NCBI GenBank assembly: GCA_963702095.1
Contig: OY969706.1
Span: forward strand, 2,112,001 to 2,176,000
Direction: 5' to 3'
Source of the DNA: Candidatus Bathyarchaeota archaeon
Lineage (GTDB): Archaea; Thermoproteota; Bathyarchaeia; Bathyarchaeales; Bathycorpusculaceae
DNA length: 64,000 nucleotides
The notes below the pieces were generated by a model, which was not told where the DNA came from, did no database searches, and saw nothing but the letters and a program-made list of their open reading frames with translations. Of this stretch, positions 50,703-61,043 are shown piece after piece; position 1 is the first letter of the stretch; every line of letters begins with the position of its first letter. The translations under genes and the position numbers were made by a program.

Positions 50703-51706
50703 TGGAAACCGCCCAGCTTCCAAGGCGTCGGGTGCAATATTACTTCAGTGGCAAACGGCAGCCACCAATGCTCGTTTTTAAGGTACCACTGCACCGTCGA
50801 CTCCAAAGCATCTTCGAAACTTGCCTTCGGCTTCCAGCCTAACTCATGGCGGGTTTTGCTGGAGTCCAAACTGTAGCGGATGTCGTGTCCGGGTCTGTCT
50901 TCAACGAAGGTTATTAGATTTTCAGGTTTGTTGAGTTGAGCGATGATTTTTTTGGCGATGTCTATGTTAGCGACTTCGTTACCTGCGGAGACATTGTAGA
51001 TTTCGCCTGGTTCCCCCTTTTCCAGTACAATGTTTACGGCTTCACAGTGATCAGTAACATAGATCCAGTCTCGGATGTTGGCGCCTTTGCCGTAGATGGG
51101 AATCGGCAGGTCGCGGAGGGCGCGGATGACGGTTTTAGGAATCAACTTCTCAGGAAGCTGATACGGGCCGAAGTTGTTGGTGCAACGGGTGATGGAGACG
51201 TTTAAGCCGAAGGTTTTGTGGTAAGCAAGAACAAACATGTCTGCGGCGGCTTTGGAGGCGGAGTAAGGGTTAGAGGGTTTTGGCGGCGTGTTTTCAGTGA
51301 ATGACCCTTCAAGTGCTTCACCGTAGACTTCGTCGGTGGAAACTTGAACAAACCGCGCCTTATGGTTATGCCTTCGTATAGCCTCCAAAATGGTGAATGT
51401 GCCCAACGTGTTGTTTTGCAAAAACACGTTTGGGTCTGCGATGCTTCGGTCAACATGCGTCTCCGCGGCGACGTTAACTATTGCATCCACCTGGTGAACT
51501 AAGCGGTTTATCAGTTGAGGGTTGCAGATGTCGCCTTTGATGAATGTATAGCGTTTATCGTTCTCTATATCGTGCAGGTTCGCGGGGTTGGCGCCTATCC
51601 CCACTTTGTCCACGTTTATCAATTCAATGTCAGAGTGCATTGCAAGCATATGCCTGCAAAAGTTGCTTCCAATAAAACCTAAACCACCTGTAACTAACAC
51701 TTTCAT
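50699..51706 (-). CDS. rmlB: dTDP-glucose 4,6-dehydratase
   Basis: GGLGFIGSNF, AAETHVDRSI, STDEVYG, YSASK, DRPGHD.RY. Confidence 0.96.
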   Translation of the reverse strand: MKVLVTGGLGFIGSNFCRHMLAMHSDIELINVDKVGIGANPANLHDIENDKRYTFIKGDICNPQLINRLVHQVDAIVNVAAETHVDRSIADPNVFLQNNTLGTFTILEAIRRHNHKARFVQVSTDEVYGEALEGSFTENTPPKPSNPYSASKAAADMFVLAYHKTFGLNVSITRCTNNFGPYQLPEKLIPKTVIRALRDLPIPIYGKGANIRDWIYVTDHCEAVNIVLEKGEPGEIYNVSAGNEVANIDIAKKIIAQLNKPENLITFVEDRPGHDIRYSLDSSKTRHELGWKPKASFEDALESTVQWYLKNEHWWLPFATEVILHPTPWKLGGFH

Positions 51707-51712
51707 AGTTCA

Positions 51713-52237
51713 TCACTTATGCGGCGGGTAATTCCAATCCCAGCTTTTACCAACACGAACATCATTCGTTTTGCCGTTTATGCTTTTGGGGATGAGTGTT
51801 GGATCATTCCATTCTCGGCGGTCTTCGTCAGGGTCGGCGGAGTCATAGAGATTAGTGGTGAAGTAAAGCAGCAACGCAGCTTCATCACCTAATGCTTTAA
51901 ACCCATGCCAATAGTGGCCTGGCACACGAACAAACTGCAGATTAGAGCCGCTGGAGACAACTTCGTCTAATTCACCGGTTTTATCGTCGAAGACACAGAT
52001 TTTAACTGAACCTTTCAGCAGCAAAAAATAGTCCACCTGACCCTTTAGGTGGCGGTGCCATGCACGGATAACACCTGGATAAGTAGAAGAGTGATTAGCC
52101 TGCACTATATCGTCTCCTGCGAAAAGGTCTTGCCAGTCTTTGCGCATGACTTCGCAGAAGAAGCCTCTTTCGTCTACAAAACGTTTTATCGGTCTAACTC
52201 TTACGCCTTCCAACATCAAGTTATCCTTGCCTATCAA
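51713..52237 (-). CDS. rmlC: dTDP-4-dehydrorhamnose 3,5-epimerase
   Basis: DERGFF, IRAWHRH, WHGF. Confidence 0.9.
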   Translation of the reverse strand: MIGKDNLMLEGVRVRPIKRFVDERGFFCEVMRKDWQDLFAGDDIVQANHSSTYPGVIRAWHRHLKGQVDYFLLLKGSVKICVFDDKTGELDEVVSSGSNLQFVRVPGHYWHGFKALGDEAALLLYFTTNLYDSADPDEDRREWNDPTLIPKSINGKTNDVRVGKSWDWNYPPHK

Positions 52238-52281
52238 ACATATCGATTAAAAATATTTATAATGTTTCCCTATTTTGGTTG

Positions 52282-53340
52282 CTAAACCTCCAACTCTGAG
52301 TAGTCGCCTACATGCAACTTCAGGGTGCGGTTGCGCTGGTTACGGGTTACTTTCGCGTTTCTACCGATTAAACTCTCTTCAAGCCGTTCAACGTCTCTGA
52401 TGGTAACGTGGTCTTGGACAACACAGTATTCGAGGTTTGAATTGATTATTTTAGTCTCGTCTCCGACGCTTGTGTAGGGTCCGATATAGGAGTGTTCGAT
52501 CAGCACATCCTTTCCGATTATGCACGGTCCACGGATTGTGCTGTCCACGATTTGTGCGTTGGAGTCCACTTTGACTCTCCCATCGACTTTACTGTTAGTT
52601 ATGGTTCCTTTGATGTCCCGCTGTATGTATTCATCAAGTATTCTTGCATTTGCCGATAAGATGTCGTCTTTTTTGCCAGTGTCAAGCCACCAGGAATTAA
52701 GAATCTCTGCTTTAACGGAAAAGCCCATGTTTATCATTTCTTGTATGGCATCAGTGATTTCAAGTTCTCCGCGCCAAGAAGGCTTAATCCGCTCAATTGC
52801 TTCATGGATTTTATTTGAGAATAAATAGGTACCTATGATAGCGAGGTTTCCTATGGATGTTTTGGGTTTTTCGACCAGTCGCACGATGTTGCCTTTTTCG
52901 TCCAGTTGTGCTATGCCAAAACTCGACGGGTTTTCTACCTCTTTTAAGATGATGAGGGCGTCGAGGTGTTCATTCTTGAATTTTTTGACAAAAGTCTGCA
53001 ATCCTTGACCTGTGACGTTGTCGCCAAGGCACATAACAAAGGAATCTTTTGCCAAAAAACGCTTAGCAGTCTTTACTGCATGCGCTAAACCCAACGGTTC
53101 CTGAGGAATATAGCAGACATTAAGACCCCAGTTTACCCCATCAGCCACATAGTCCTCGACATAATGCCCTGTTTCAGGGGCCGTTATGATGCCTATTTTT
53201 TTTATGCTAGTTGCTGCCACCTGATCCAAAACGTATCCCAAGATGGGTTTGTTAGCTACGGGGATAAGCTGTTTAGCGCAGGTAAAGGTTAGTGGACGGA
53301 GTCGAGTACCTTTGCCGCCGCTGAGAACAAGTGCTTTCAT
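52282..53340 (-). CDS. rmlA: Glucose-1-phosphate thymidylyltransferase (long form)
   Basis: GGKGTRLRPLT, AKQLIPVANKP, SWRGELEITDAI, beta-helix C-terminus. Confidence 0.94.
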   Translation of the reverse strand: MKALVLSGGKGTRLRPLTFTCAKQLIPVANKPILGYVLDQVAATSIKKIGIITAPETGHYVEDYVADGVNWGLNVCYIPQEPLGLAHAVKTAKRFLAKDSFVMCLGDNVTGQGLQTFVKKFKNEHLDALIILKEVENPSSFGIAQLDEKGNIVRLVEKPKTSIGNLAIIGTYLFSNKIHEAIERIKPSWRGELEITDAIQEMINMGFSVKAEILNSWWLDTGKKDDILSANARILDEYIQRDIKGTITNSKVDGRVKVDSNAQIVDSTIRGPCIIGKDVLIEHSYIGPYTSVGDETKIINSNLEYCVVQDHVTIRDVERLEESLIGRNAKVTRNQRNRTLKLHVGDYSELEV

Positions 53341-53774
53341 AGTCAGTCACTAACTAAATTTTAGTATAACCGATAATATTAACTTTAAAAAAAATAGTGG
53401 CTTACGCGAATTAAAACATCTTTTTTCAAATTGTTGTTGTGCAGGGACAATCACATAACGCTATAAACTAACAAGCAATAACTCTCTTCAAGGATTTTTA
53501 GATATAATTCGTTTTTAGGAGCATAAAGAATGAAAAACAGCATTCTTAATTTATTAACAGTGCATCGGGGAAAATGTAAATTCTCACGATCATGCGATTT
53601 CTTTTCGAGGTCAAGTTACACTTGTATGCATGCTGGTGGAGATTACTGTGGCAAGTACCGAATACTAAGCCGTTCTGACAAGGGAAAAGCAGCTAGACAC
53701 AGAAACAAGAGTTTGATTGAGGTCTCAGTGTAAGCAGACTTTTGCGGATAAATCCTCTACTGAGACCCTCTGGA

Positions 53775-55343
53775 TTATTTAGGCATAAACTTCTCAAGAA
53801 GGTTCAGTATCGCAAAAACGGGTTTTCTCAGAGGGCCAAGTCCGCTTACGATTTGGCGAATACTCGTCAGGTCATTTCTATCTATTGTCCGAGTAACTAC
53901 TGCAATCAATAAGAACACTACCGTAAACACCACAACTCCAATCACCAATTGCACTGGACTACTGAAGGGCAACAAGTTAAGCAAGAGATAAGTCAAGATG
54001 CCTGTAATGCCTGAGGAGAATAAAATCTTTGCCGATGAAGCCCAATCCAAAGATACGCCATAGTGTTGCTTTATGAACCGCAGGCTTAAGAGCAGACTCG
54101 GAACACTGACAATTATGGTTGTTACTATTAAGCCTATAATGCCGAACTGGGAAATCAAAATGAAGCTCAAGGGAAAACCGATTACAACCGTAATTATCGA
54201 GAGTTTAAGCGTATATTTTGTATCACCTTGACTGTTTATGAGGCTTGAGACGCTTAGGCTACCTGCCGCCGCAAAAAGGTAGGTAACCGCCAACAAGGCA
54301 AGAAACAGGGGGGCTTGGAAGTAGCTGTTTTGGAAGATAGTGCTGATTGCCGGTTGAGAAAGAACCATAACCATAACGGTGACAGGCATAACTATGAGTG
54401 CAGAGTACTTGACGGAGTATTGAAAAACGTTCTTGAGAACATCATAATCTTTTCGGTAATTTAGTTTTGAAAAGGCTGGCAGAAGCATTGTTGTCACTGG
54501 AACAGCAAAGAAATTGATTAAGATGACAAAGTTTAAGGCGACTGAGTAATTGCCTATGGCGCTGTTATCGATTACGAAGATTGCCATGATTATGCTGTAG
54601 AACTGGGTTAGAAAACCAGTCAAGATATTGCCTATAGAAAGAGGGAAACCATACTTGAGCATAGTTTTTGTTGTGGACACTAACTCTAATTTTGCGTCCG
54701 TCTGCTTGGGCAGAGAAGCATACATAGTGTACATAAGCAGTAAGCCGGTTATGCCAGCAACTAACACCGCTACGGAGAAACCAACGATTGCACCCAGCGT
54801 TCCTAAGCCTAAAAGTACTAGGCCAATTATGAGGGCAGTTTTAACTAAAGATTGAACAATAAGCATGACACTGTTAAGATGCATTCGCTCCAGACCGGTG
54901 AAAGAGGCGGTTGCAGCATTAACTAGTGCACCGGACAGAATAAACAACGAAGCGACTTGGATTAATTGAACTATAGCTGGTCTTTGGAAGACATCCGCGA
55001 GAAAACCTGAGATAGCAATAGAGAAGACCGTTAACGCTAAACCTAAAATAATTTCGAACAAGACACCCGAAACAAAAATGCTGCGGATTTTGGCAAAGTT
55101 GTTTTCACCGTTGTACTGGGCTGAATATTTCACCATGGCCATGTTGACACCCCAGTCTCGGAATGTAATGATAACGTTAGGCGCTGCCACGGCGATTGCG
55201 TAGATACCCATATTGTCGGTGCCTAATAAATTAGCGATGATTATGGTGGCAACGGCTGAGATAACTGTGGAAACGACAAGGCCCCAGAGCAGGTGAAAGC
55301 CGCCTTTCGCTGAAACCTTAGCCATCTCAGTTGCCTTGCTCAT
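53775..55343 (-). CDS. Polysaccharide flippase (Wzx/MOP)
   Basis: About 14 TMs with typical MOP pattern; glycan cluster context. Confidence 0.85.
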   Translation of the reverse strand: MSKATEMAKVSAKGGFHLLWGLVVSTVISAVATIIIANLLGTDNMGIYAIAVAAPNVIITFRDWGVNMAMVKYSAQYNGENNFAKIRSIFVSGVLFEIILGLALTVFSIAISGFLADVFQRPAIVQLIQVASLFILSGALVNAATASFTGLERMHLNSVMLIVQSLVKTALIIGLVLLGLGTLGAIVGFSVAVLVAGITGLLLMYTMYASLPKQTDAKLELVSTTKTMLKYGFPLSIGNILTGFLTQFYSIIMAIFVIDNSAIGNYSVALNFVILINFFAVPVTTMLLPAFSKLNYRKDYDVLKNVFQYSVKYSALIVMPVTVMVMVLSQPAISTIFQNSYFQAPLFLALLAVTYLFAAAGSLSVSSLINSQGDTKYTLKLSIITVVIGFPLSFILISQFGIIGLIVTTIIVSVPSLLLSLRFIKQHYGVSLDWASSAKILFSSGITGILTYLLLNLLPFSSPVQLVIGVVVFTVVFLLIAVVTRTIDRNDLTSIRQIVSGLGPLRKPVFAILNLLEKFMPK

Positions 55344-55457
55344 CTTTCTCTTCCAGTCCTCGTTTGGTTTTTAAGTTAACTGTTGGTGTTGAGGAGATGT
55401 TTATCGCTTTTGGTTTAAGAAGCTAAATTTTCAGACTATATGAAGCAAAGTTGGGTG

Positions 55458-56690
55458 TTAACGTGTTCCCCATTTTTTGTCTTTCAAGGTTAGCAGACTG
55501 TAGACGAAGATGGGTACGCTGATTAAAGAGAAAATCAACTGGAAAGTAACCCTTGACGTCCATGCATGAGTGTACTTGCGAGCATACAACGCGTATAGCA
55601 ATCCCAGAAGCGATAAACTGAAAATATAGAATACTGTTCCCATCCATCCCCCCTCTATGACAAATGGACAGATAAATAGCATAAATGTTAGAAAACCGTA
55701 ATTCACGAAATGCACAAGAGTACTAAGATAGAAAAAGATGCTTTTAGATTTGCGTTTGTAAGCAAAAGTCATCATGTAGAGGGTTTCACGTATCCAGCTT
55801 TTGGTCCAGCGGACTTGTTGCTTGAGGAATTTCTTGGCAGTGTCTGGAACTTCAGTTCGGGCGACTGCGTCCATCTGATAAACAGCCTCATACCCCTCGC
55901 GAATAATCAAGTTGGTTATTGCACGGTCAACCCCCGCTGTAACCTCTAAGCCCAAGAATTTACCGTAAAGCCACTCATTCTCTATCTCGGGCGTTATAGC
56001 AGAGCGCCGATGAGCTGAAAAAGCCCCCGCACAACAAGACACCATACCTATTTCCGATTCAGCGCCACGGTAAACCCTAAACCCGATGAAATACCAGACT
56101 TCTTGAAATTTTGTGAGAAGATTCTTGCTCCAGTTTTCAACTTGCAAGTGTCCGCTCACTGAGCCAACTTCCGGATTCTTAAACGGTGCAACTACGTTAA
56201 GAAGCGAGTTTTCTTCTAAGATTGTGTCCGAATCCAAGAAGACCATGATTTCACCTGTGGCGTTTTTAATGCCTTCCATGCGAGCGAATTTGTTGCCTCG
56301 GTTTTTTTCAAAGGAAATTATTTTTACTTCTTTTGGGTCAACTATTTTGCTTAGTTGCTTTACGGAGTCATTGGCGCTTCCGTCGTCGACGACTACGATT
56401 TCTTTTTTGCCTGCAGGGTACTTGGCTTTTTGAGTTGACTCTATAACTCGCTTTAAAACGTCGAGGGGTTCGTTGAAAACTGCGAGGACAATGCTGACTT
56501 TGGGTTGATAGTCTGGATCAACGGATACGGATTTGTACTTAACAGATAGGGTCAAAACTATACCAAGCACCACCGACGTCCCGATGGCATAGATAAACAG
56601 GGCGGGATTGTAAATGTGCGCTAACCTGTACAGTAGCAGCAGAACTATAGCGATTATTACTGTTGCAATCAACACTTTCTTATGCTGCAT
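55458..56690 (-). CDS. Class I hyaluronan-synthase-like GT2
   Basis: VDDGS, FLDSDT, CCAGAFSAHRR, KFLG...GVDRAITN, TEVP..FLKQQVRWTKSWIRE. Confidence 0.8.
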   Translation of the reverse strand: MQHKKVLIATVIIAIVLLLLYRLAHIYNPALFIYAIGTSVVLGIVLTLSVKYKSVSVDPDYQPKVSIVLAVFNEPLDVLKRVIESTQKAKYPAGKKEIVVVDDGSANDSVKQLSKIVDPKEVKIISFEKNRGNKFARMEGIKNATGEIMVFLDSDTILEENSLLNVVAPFKNPEVGSVSGHLQVENWSKNLLTKFQEVWYFIGFRVYRGAESEIGMVSCCAGAFSAHRRSAITPEIENEWLYGKFLGLEVTAGVDRAITNLIIREGYEAVYQMDAVARTEVPDTAKKFLKQQVRWTKSWIRETLYMMTFAYKRKSKSIFFYLSTLVHFVNYGFLTFMLFICPFVIEGGWMGTVFYIFSLSLLGLLYALYARKYTHAWTSRVTFQLIFSLISVPIFVYSLLTLKDKKWGTR

Positions 56691-56704
56691 ACCTGCAACC
56701 AGCC

Positions 56705-57556
56705 CTAGGACCCACGCTGCTTTACCAGTGGCACAAGCGGCGCTGGCTCAAGGGGCTTCTTTTGTTGACAGAAATGTTGCACGTAGGCATCGTTTGTCTG
56801 CATGGCTCCTTTCAAGAGTCCAAACTCAGAGGACAAGTTTGATAGAAAAGCGGTGTCTTTGGGGAGACATTCTTTGCCGATTCCGTCGCGTGCCTCAAGC
56901 AGTTTAACGTTCCACTTTGTGTTTATGGCTTCTCGCCATTCCTCAAAGTCCAAGCCGTTTTTGCTTGCGATGAGTTTGAGTTCCTCAACAAATGCTATTT
57001 CAACGTAGCGGTGAGCATTTTCAGCAATTTTGCTTGCTTCGGCTATTTCTAAAGTAGACACTAAATGTACGGGAATTTCGAGTTTACTGTAGAACTCCAT
57101 GGCTTTCCGGAGGGTCTCAACGTCGTAAGCGCCTAAAACCCGGATTTGTTTGACGCCATGGTTTTCTTGGTCATCTTCCCACCATCGATGGGGGCAAACT
57201 GCGACGAAGCTTAGACCATGTTTCAAACTCATTTTCCTTGCTGTTCCCACAGCGAGGGTTGATTCGAAACAGACTAATGCGTCATTGTTCAAGGCGCTGA
57301 TTTGCCTGCAACAACTATCGATGGCGGACATATCGATCATGCCGTTTCGGTAATAAGTATTAACGCAGACGACATAGACGTCGGCGCGTTGGGGAACAGT
57401 AGAAGAGTCCACGCCATTGTTTAGAGCACGCACTATAGCCTGCTGGTTAATGTCAAATCCGATAACGTGCGGAAAGTATTTCAATGCATACCGTGCAACA
57501 GGCAAGCCGATATTGCCGAGACCCATTATACATACAGTCACTTTCAATCCAGCCAT
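56705..57556 (-). CDS. Short UDP-sugar 6-dehydrogenase (WecC-like) lacking the C-terminal domain
   Basis: GLGNIGLP, FEST, CPHR, SKIAEN, GIGKECLPKD; only 283 aa. Confidence 0.72.
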   Translation of the reverse strand: MAGLKVTVCIMGLGNIGLPVARYALKYFPHVIGFDINQQAIVRALNNGVDSSTVPQRADVYVVCVNTYYRNGMIDMSAIDSCCRQISALNNDALVCFESTLAVGTARKMSLKHGLSFVAVCPHRWWEDDQENHGVKQIRVLGAYDVETLRKAMEFYSKLEIPVHLVSTLEIAEASKIAENAHRYVEIAFVEELKLIASKNGLDFEEWREAINTKWNVKLLEARDGIGKECLPKDTAFLSNLSSEFGLLKGAMQTNDAYVQHFCQQKKPLEPAPLVPLVKQRGS

Positions 57557-57726
57557 CCGAGTGTGCCTTCACTATATTGTTATGAAAATAAATATTTATT
57601 GTAAGCTTGTATCTACAGATATGTATGCACTTTGGCGCTAAACGGATTAATTTATTTTCAAAAGTATTTTCTCAACCAATTAAATCCATCAGTTAATAAA
57701 GGAAAAGAAAGCTGCCTCCATACCTG

Positions 57727-59070
57727 TTACTGCCCCAAACCAATTGCAAGGTAATTGAGTTTATCCCTAAACAATTCAGGGTTAAAGATGCGTCGACCAT
57801 CCACTATATTTGGCTGTTTCATAGCGGCTAAGAAATCTTGAGGAGTCAAACTTTTGAATTCCGGCCACTCAGTCACAATTATGCAGCCGTCCGCACCTTT
57901 CAAACAATCAATCGCTGAGACGGCGTAGGCAATTTTGTCTTGGAAAACTGCTTTTGCAGTTTGCTCAGCAACAGGGTCGTATGCAGTTACCACCGCTTCT
58001 TCTGTCAACAGTTGATTGATTATGGGGATGACCCGTGCTTCACGCATGTCGTCTGTGTTCGGCTTAAACGCTAAACCTAGAATCGCGATTTTTTTGCTCT
58101 TCAAATCACCAAGTTGCTGCTTGCACAGTTCCACGGCTTTAAGCGGCTGATGCTTGTTAACTTTCTCCACTGAATCTAGCAGTTCAGGCGTGTAACCGAA
58201 TTGTTTAGCGCACGCAATCAGGGCTTTGACATCTTTGGGAAAGCAGGAACCGCCGTACCCTAAGCCTGCATCAAGGAAAAGGGGTCCAATTCGTTTGTCT
58301 AAACCCATGGCTGTCGCCACAACTCTGACGTCCGCACCCGGAATTTCCTCACATATATTAGCGATGGTGTTTATGAAGCTGATTTTTGTGGCAAGCATGG
58401 CGTTGCTGGCATATTTTATAAGTTCAGCTGTTGAGAGGGTCGTTCGAATTATCGGCGGCACATGGGCGCTGTAGAAGTCCCGGTAGAGTTCTTCAAGTTT
58501 GTCAGCTGCGGTTTTGTCTTGTGAACCTATGACTACGCGGTCGGCGTTTAAGGTGTCATGGAAAGCTGAGCCTTGACGTAGGAACTCGGGGTTCATGCAT
58601 AAACCGAAGTGTTCACCGCATTTTTTACCTGATTCCTTCTCGAGAATGGGCAGGACCACGTTTTGGGTTGTTCCAGGTATGACAGTGCTTTTTATGATGA
58701 CGATGTGGTAGCGGTTTTTTTGTTTGAGGGCTTTGCCTATGCCTGTTGCCGCGTTTTCTATGTATTTGAGGTCTATACTGCCGTCTGAGTTACTGGGTGT
58801 ACCTACCGCCACGTAGGTGAAGTCAGTTTCCATTACTGCTTTATCTATCTCGTTAACTAAACCGCTAAGATTTCCTTTCCAGATAATTTCAGATAACTTC
58901 TCCTGCAGTTCAGGCTCAAAAAAAGGCGGAATTCCCTCATTGATTTTGCCGATTTTTTCGGCGTCAATGTCACATGCAATAACCGAGTAACCTTTACTTG
59001 CTAAACCCACTGAAGTACATAAACCGACATAGCCTACACCGATAACTGAAATTCTAAAGTGTTTACTCAA
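57727..59070 (-). CDS. ugd: UDP-glucose 6-dehydrogenase
   Basis: GVGYVGL, KSTV, NPEFLRQG, GYGGSCFPKD, AFKPNTDDMRE. Confidence 0.94.
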   Translation of the reverse strand: MSKHFRISVIGVGYVGLCTSVGLASKGYSVIACDIDAEKIGKINEGIPPFFEPELQEKLSEIIWKGNLSGLVNEIDKAVMETDFTYVAVGTPSNSDGSIDLKYIENAATGIGKALKQKNRYHIVIIKSTVIPGTTQNVVLPILEKESGKKCGEHFGLCMNPEFLRQGSAFHDTLNADRVVIGSQDKTAADKLEELYRDFYSAHVPPIIRTTLSTAELIKYASNAMLATKISFINTIANICEEIPGADVRVVATAMGLDKRIGPLFLDAGLGYGGSCFPKDVKALIACAKQFGYTPELLDSVEKVNKHQPLKAVELCKQQLGDLKSKKIAILGLAFKPNTDDMREARVIPIINQLLTEEAVVTAYDPVAEQTAKAVFQDKIAYAVSAIDCLKGADGCIIVTEWPEFKSLTPQDFLAAMKQPNIVDGRRIFNPELFRDKLNYLAIGLGQ

Positions 59071-59163
59071 CCCTTAAACCCACCAGATGACCTTAACTCA
59101 GAGTTTAGTTATAACATTAAATATATATCGGTTAAGATAAGAAAAGAAGAGAAGTGGACAGCG

Positions 59164-60033
59164 ATGGTTCAGAAAGTAATCATTCCAGCGGCAGGATTAG
59201 GAACACGACTGTTTCCAGCAACCAAGGAACAGCCTAAAGAAATGTTGCCAATATTCTCAAAAACAGCCCTTAGTGACATGACGGTTAAGCCCGTTGTGCA
59301 ACTTGTGTTTGAAGAGTTGCATGAAGCGGGGTTAAGGGAATTCTGTTTTGTTGTAGGACGAGGCAAACGTGGCATAGAAGACCATTTCACACCCGACGTT
59401 GACTGCATAAGAACCCTCGAGGGTATGGGAAAAAGTGGACAGGCCTCCGATTTGGAGGGGTTTTACAGTAAACTTGAAACTTCAACCATTATGTGGGTTA
59501 ACCAGCCTGAACCCAAGGGATTCGGTAACGCAGTGTTGATGGCTCAGCCCTTTGTTCAGAATGAAAGCTGTTTAGTTCACGCTGGAGATAGCTGTATTAT
59601 ATCCAAGAACATGGATTACGCAAAAAAACTACTTGAGGGTTTCGAGCACTTCAATGCAGACGCAGCCTTTTTGGTCTTAGAGATTGAAAATCCAAAACAA
59701 TATGGGATTGTAGTGGGTCAAGAAGTTGAGCAGGGTTATATAAAAGTAGAATCAGTGGAAGAAAAACCAGAAAAGCCTAAAACCAATTTGGCAATCATGG
59801 CGATGTATGTATTTCGCCCCGTAATTTTTAAAGCATTAGAAGCGACCAAACCGGGAAAAAACGGTGAAATCCAGTTAACGGATGCCATCCAGAAACTGGT
59901 GGATTGGGGACTCAAAGTATACGCAGTTAAACTCGATAAATCCTATGAGCATTTAGATATTGGTAGCCCCGAAAGATACTGGTCAGCCCTGGAATTATCG
60001 TACAATCAATTTTGTAAGAGAACAAAACAATGA
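59164..60033 (+). CDS. galU: UTP-glucose-1-phosphate uridylyltransferase
   Basis: PAAGLGTRLFPATK..PKEMLP, EKP, GEIQLTDAI. Confidence 0.92.
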   Translation: MVQKVIIPAAGLGTRLFPATKEQPKEMLPIFSKTALSDMTVKPVVQLVFEELHEAGLREFCFVVGRGKRGIEDHFTPDVDCIRTLEGMGKSGQASDLEGFYSKLETSTIMWVNQPEPKGFGNAVLMAQPFVQNESCLVHAGDSCIISKNMDYAKKLLEGFEHFNADAAFLVLEIENPKQYGIVVGQEVEQGYIKVESVEEKPEKPKTNLAIMAMYVFRPVIFKALEATKPGKNGEIQLTDAIQKLVDWGLKVYAVKLDKSYEHLDIGSPERYWSALELSYNQFCKRTKQ

Positions 60034-61043
60034 TAGATAGAATAATCAGCGAAGAAATAGAAGGCATTCGAAACGCCGTTAAAGAAGACGCCTTCGCAGG
60101 CAAGAATGTGCTTGTTACTGGCGGCGCAGGATTCATTGGCAGTTGGCTCTGTGACGTCCTAATCAGGTTTGGCGCAAGCGTAACAGTAGTCGATAACTTT
60201 TCTACCGGACGAATAAAAAACATTGACCATCTAATATCAAGCAATAACTTTAAGCTAATCAACGCAGACATCTGTGATTTCGCCGCCGACCAAAAGATCG
60301 ATTTTATCTTTCACATGGCAGCCCATGCCTCACCTGACGAGTACATGGCACACCCGATTGATACATTGCATACTAGCGCATTCGGTACCCAAAAAATCGC
60401 TGAATTAGCCAGAAAAAACGATGCAGCACTCCTGTTTGCGTCAACTTCTGAGGTTTATGGCGACGCTGAAATCGTGCCGACCCCTGAGACTTACTGGGGA
60501 AGAGTTAACCCGATTGGTCCCCGTTCCTGCTATGATGAGGGGAAACGTTTTGCTGAAGCTCTGTTAATGGCTTATGTTAAACAGTATGGGTTGAAAGTTA
60601 GGATGTCAAGAATTTTTAATTCTTATGGTCCACGCCTGCGAGAAGATGGATTGTATGGAAGGGCTTTGTCACGGTTTGTGCTTCAAGCGTTGACTGGTCA
60701 GCCGATTACTGTTTATGGGGATGGAAAGCAGACTCGATCTTTCTGTTACATTAGCGATACGGTGACTGGGCTGTTACTGTTAGCCGCTAATCAAAAGGCA
60801 GAGGGCGAAGTTGTGAACGTTGGCAGCACAGAGGAAATCACCATTTTAGAGTTAGCTCATAAGATTCAAGAATTAACCAGGTGCCGATCAACCATAACGT
60901 TTAGTCCGTTGCCTAAGGATGATCCAATGAGGCGTTGTCCCGATACTGCTAAACTTGAAAACTTAGTCGGCTGGAGGGCTGGCGTCGGGTTTGAGGATGG
61001 ATTAAAACGGACTATTACGTGGTTTGCTGACAAGTCGTTTTAG
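60030..61043 (+). CDS. uxs: UDP-glucuronate decarboxylase (UDP-xylose synthase)
   Basis: STSEVYGD, YWGRVNPIGPRSCYDEGKR, RIFNSYGPR, DDPMRRCPD. Confidence 0.92.
   Translation: MIDRIISEEIEGIRNAVKEDAFAGKNVLVTGGAGFIGSWLCDVLIRFGASVTVVDNFSTGRIKNIDHLISSNNFKLINADICDFAADQKIDFIFHMAAHASPDEYMAHPIDTLHTSAFGTQKIAELARKNDAALLFASTSEVYGDAEIVPTPETYWGRVNPIGPRSCYDEGKRFAEALLMAYVKQYGLKVRMSRIFNSYGPRLREDGLYGRALSRFVLQALTGQPITVYGDGKQTRSFCYISDTVTGLLLLAANQKAEGEVVNVGSTEEITILELAHKIQELTRCRSTITFSPLPKDDPMRRCPDTAKLENLVGWRAGVGFEDGLKRTITWFADKSF

Noticed and set aside
53530-53733. 67-aa ORF between rmlA and the flippase
   Set aside because: Opposite strand to the cluster, AT-rich intergenic context, no motif.
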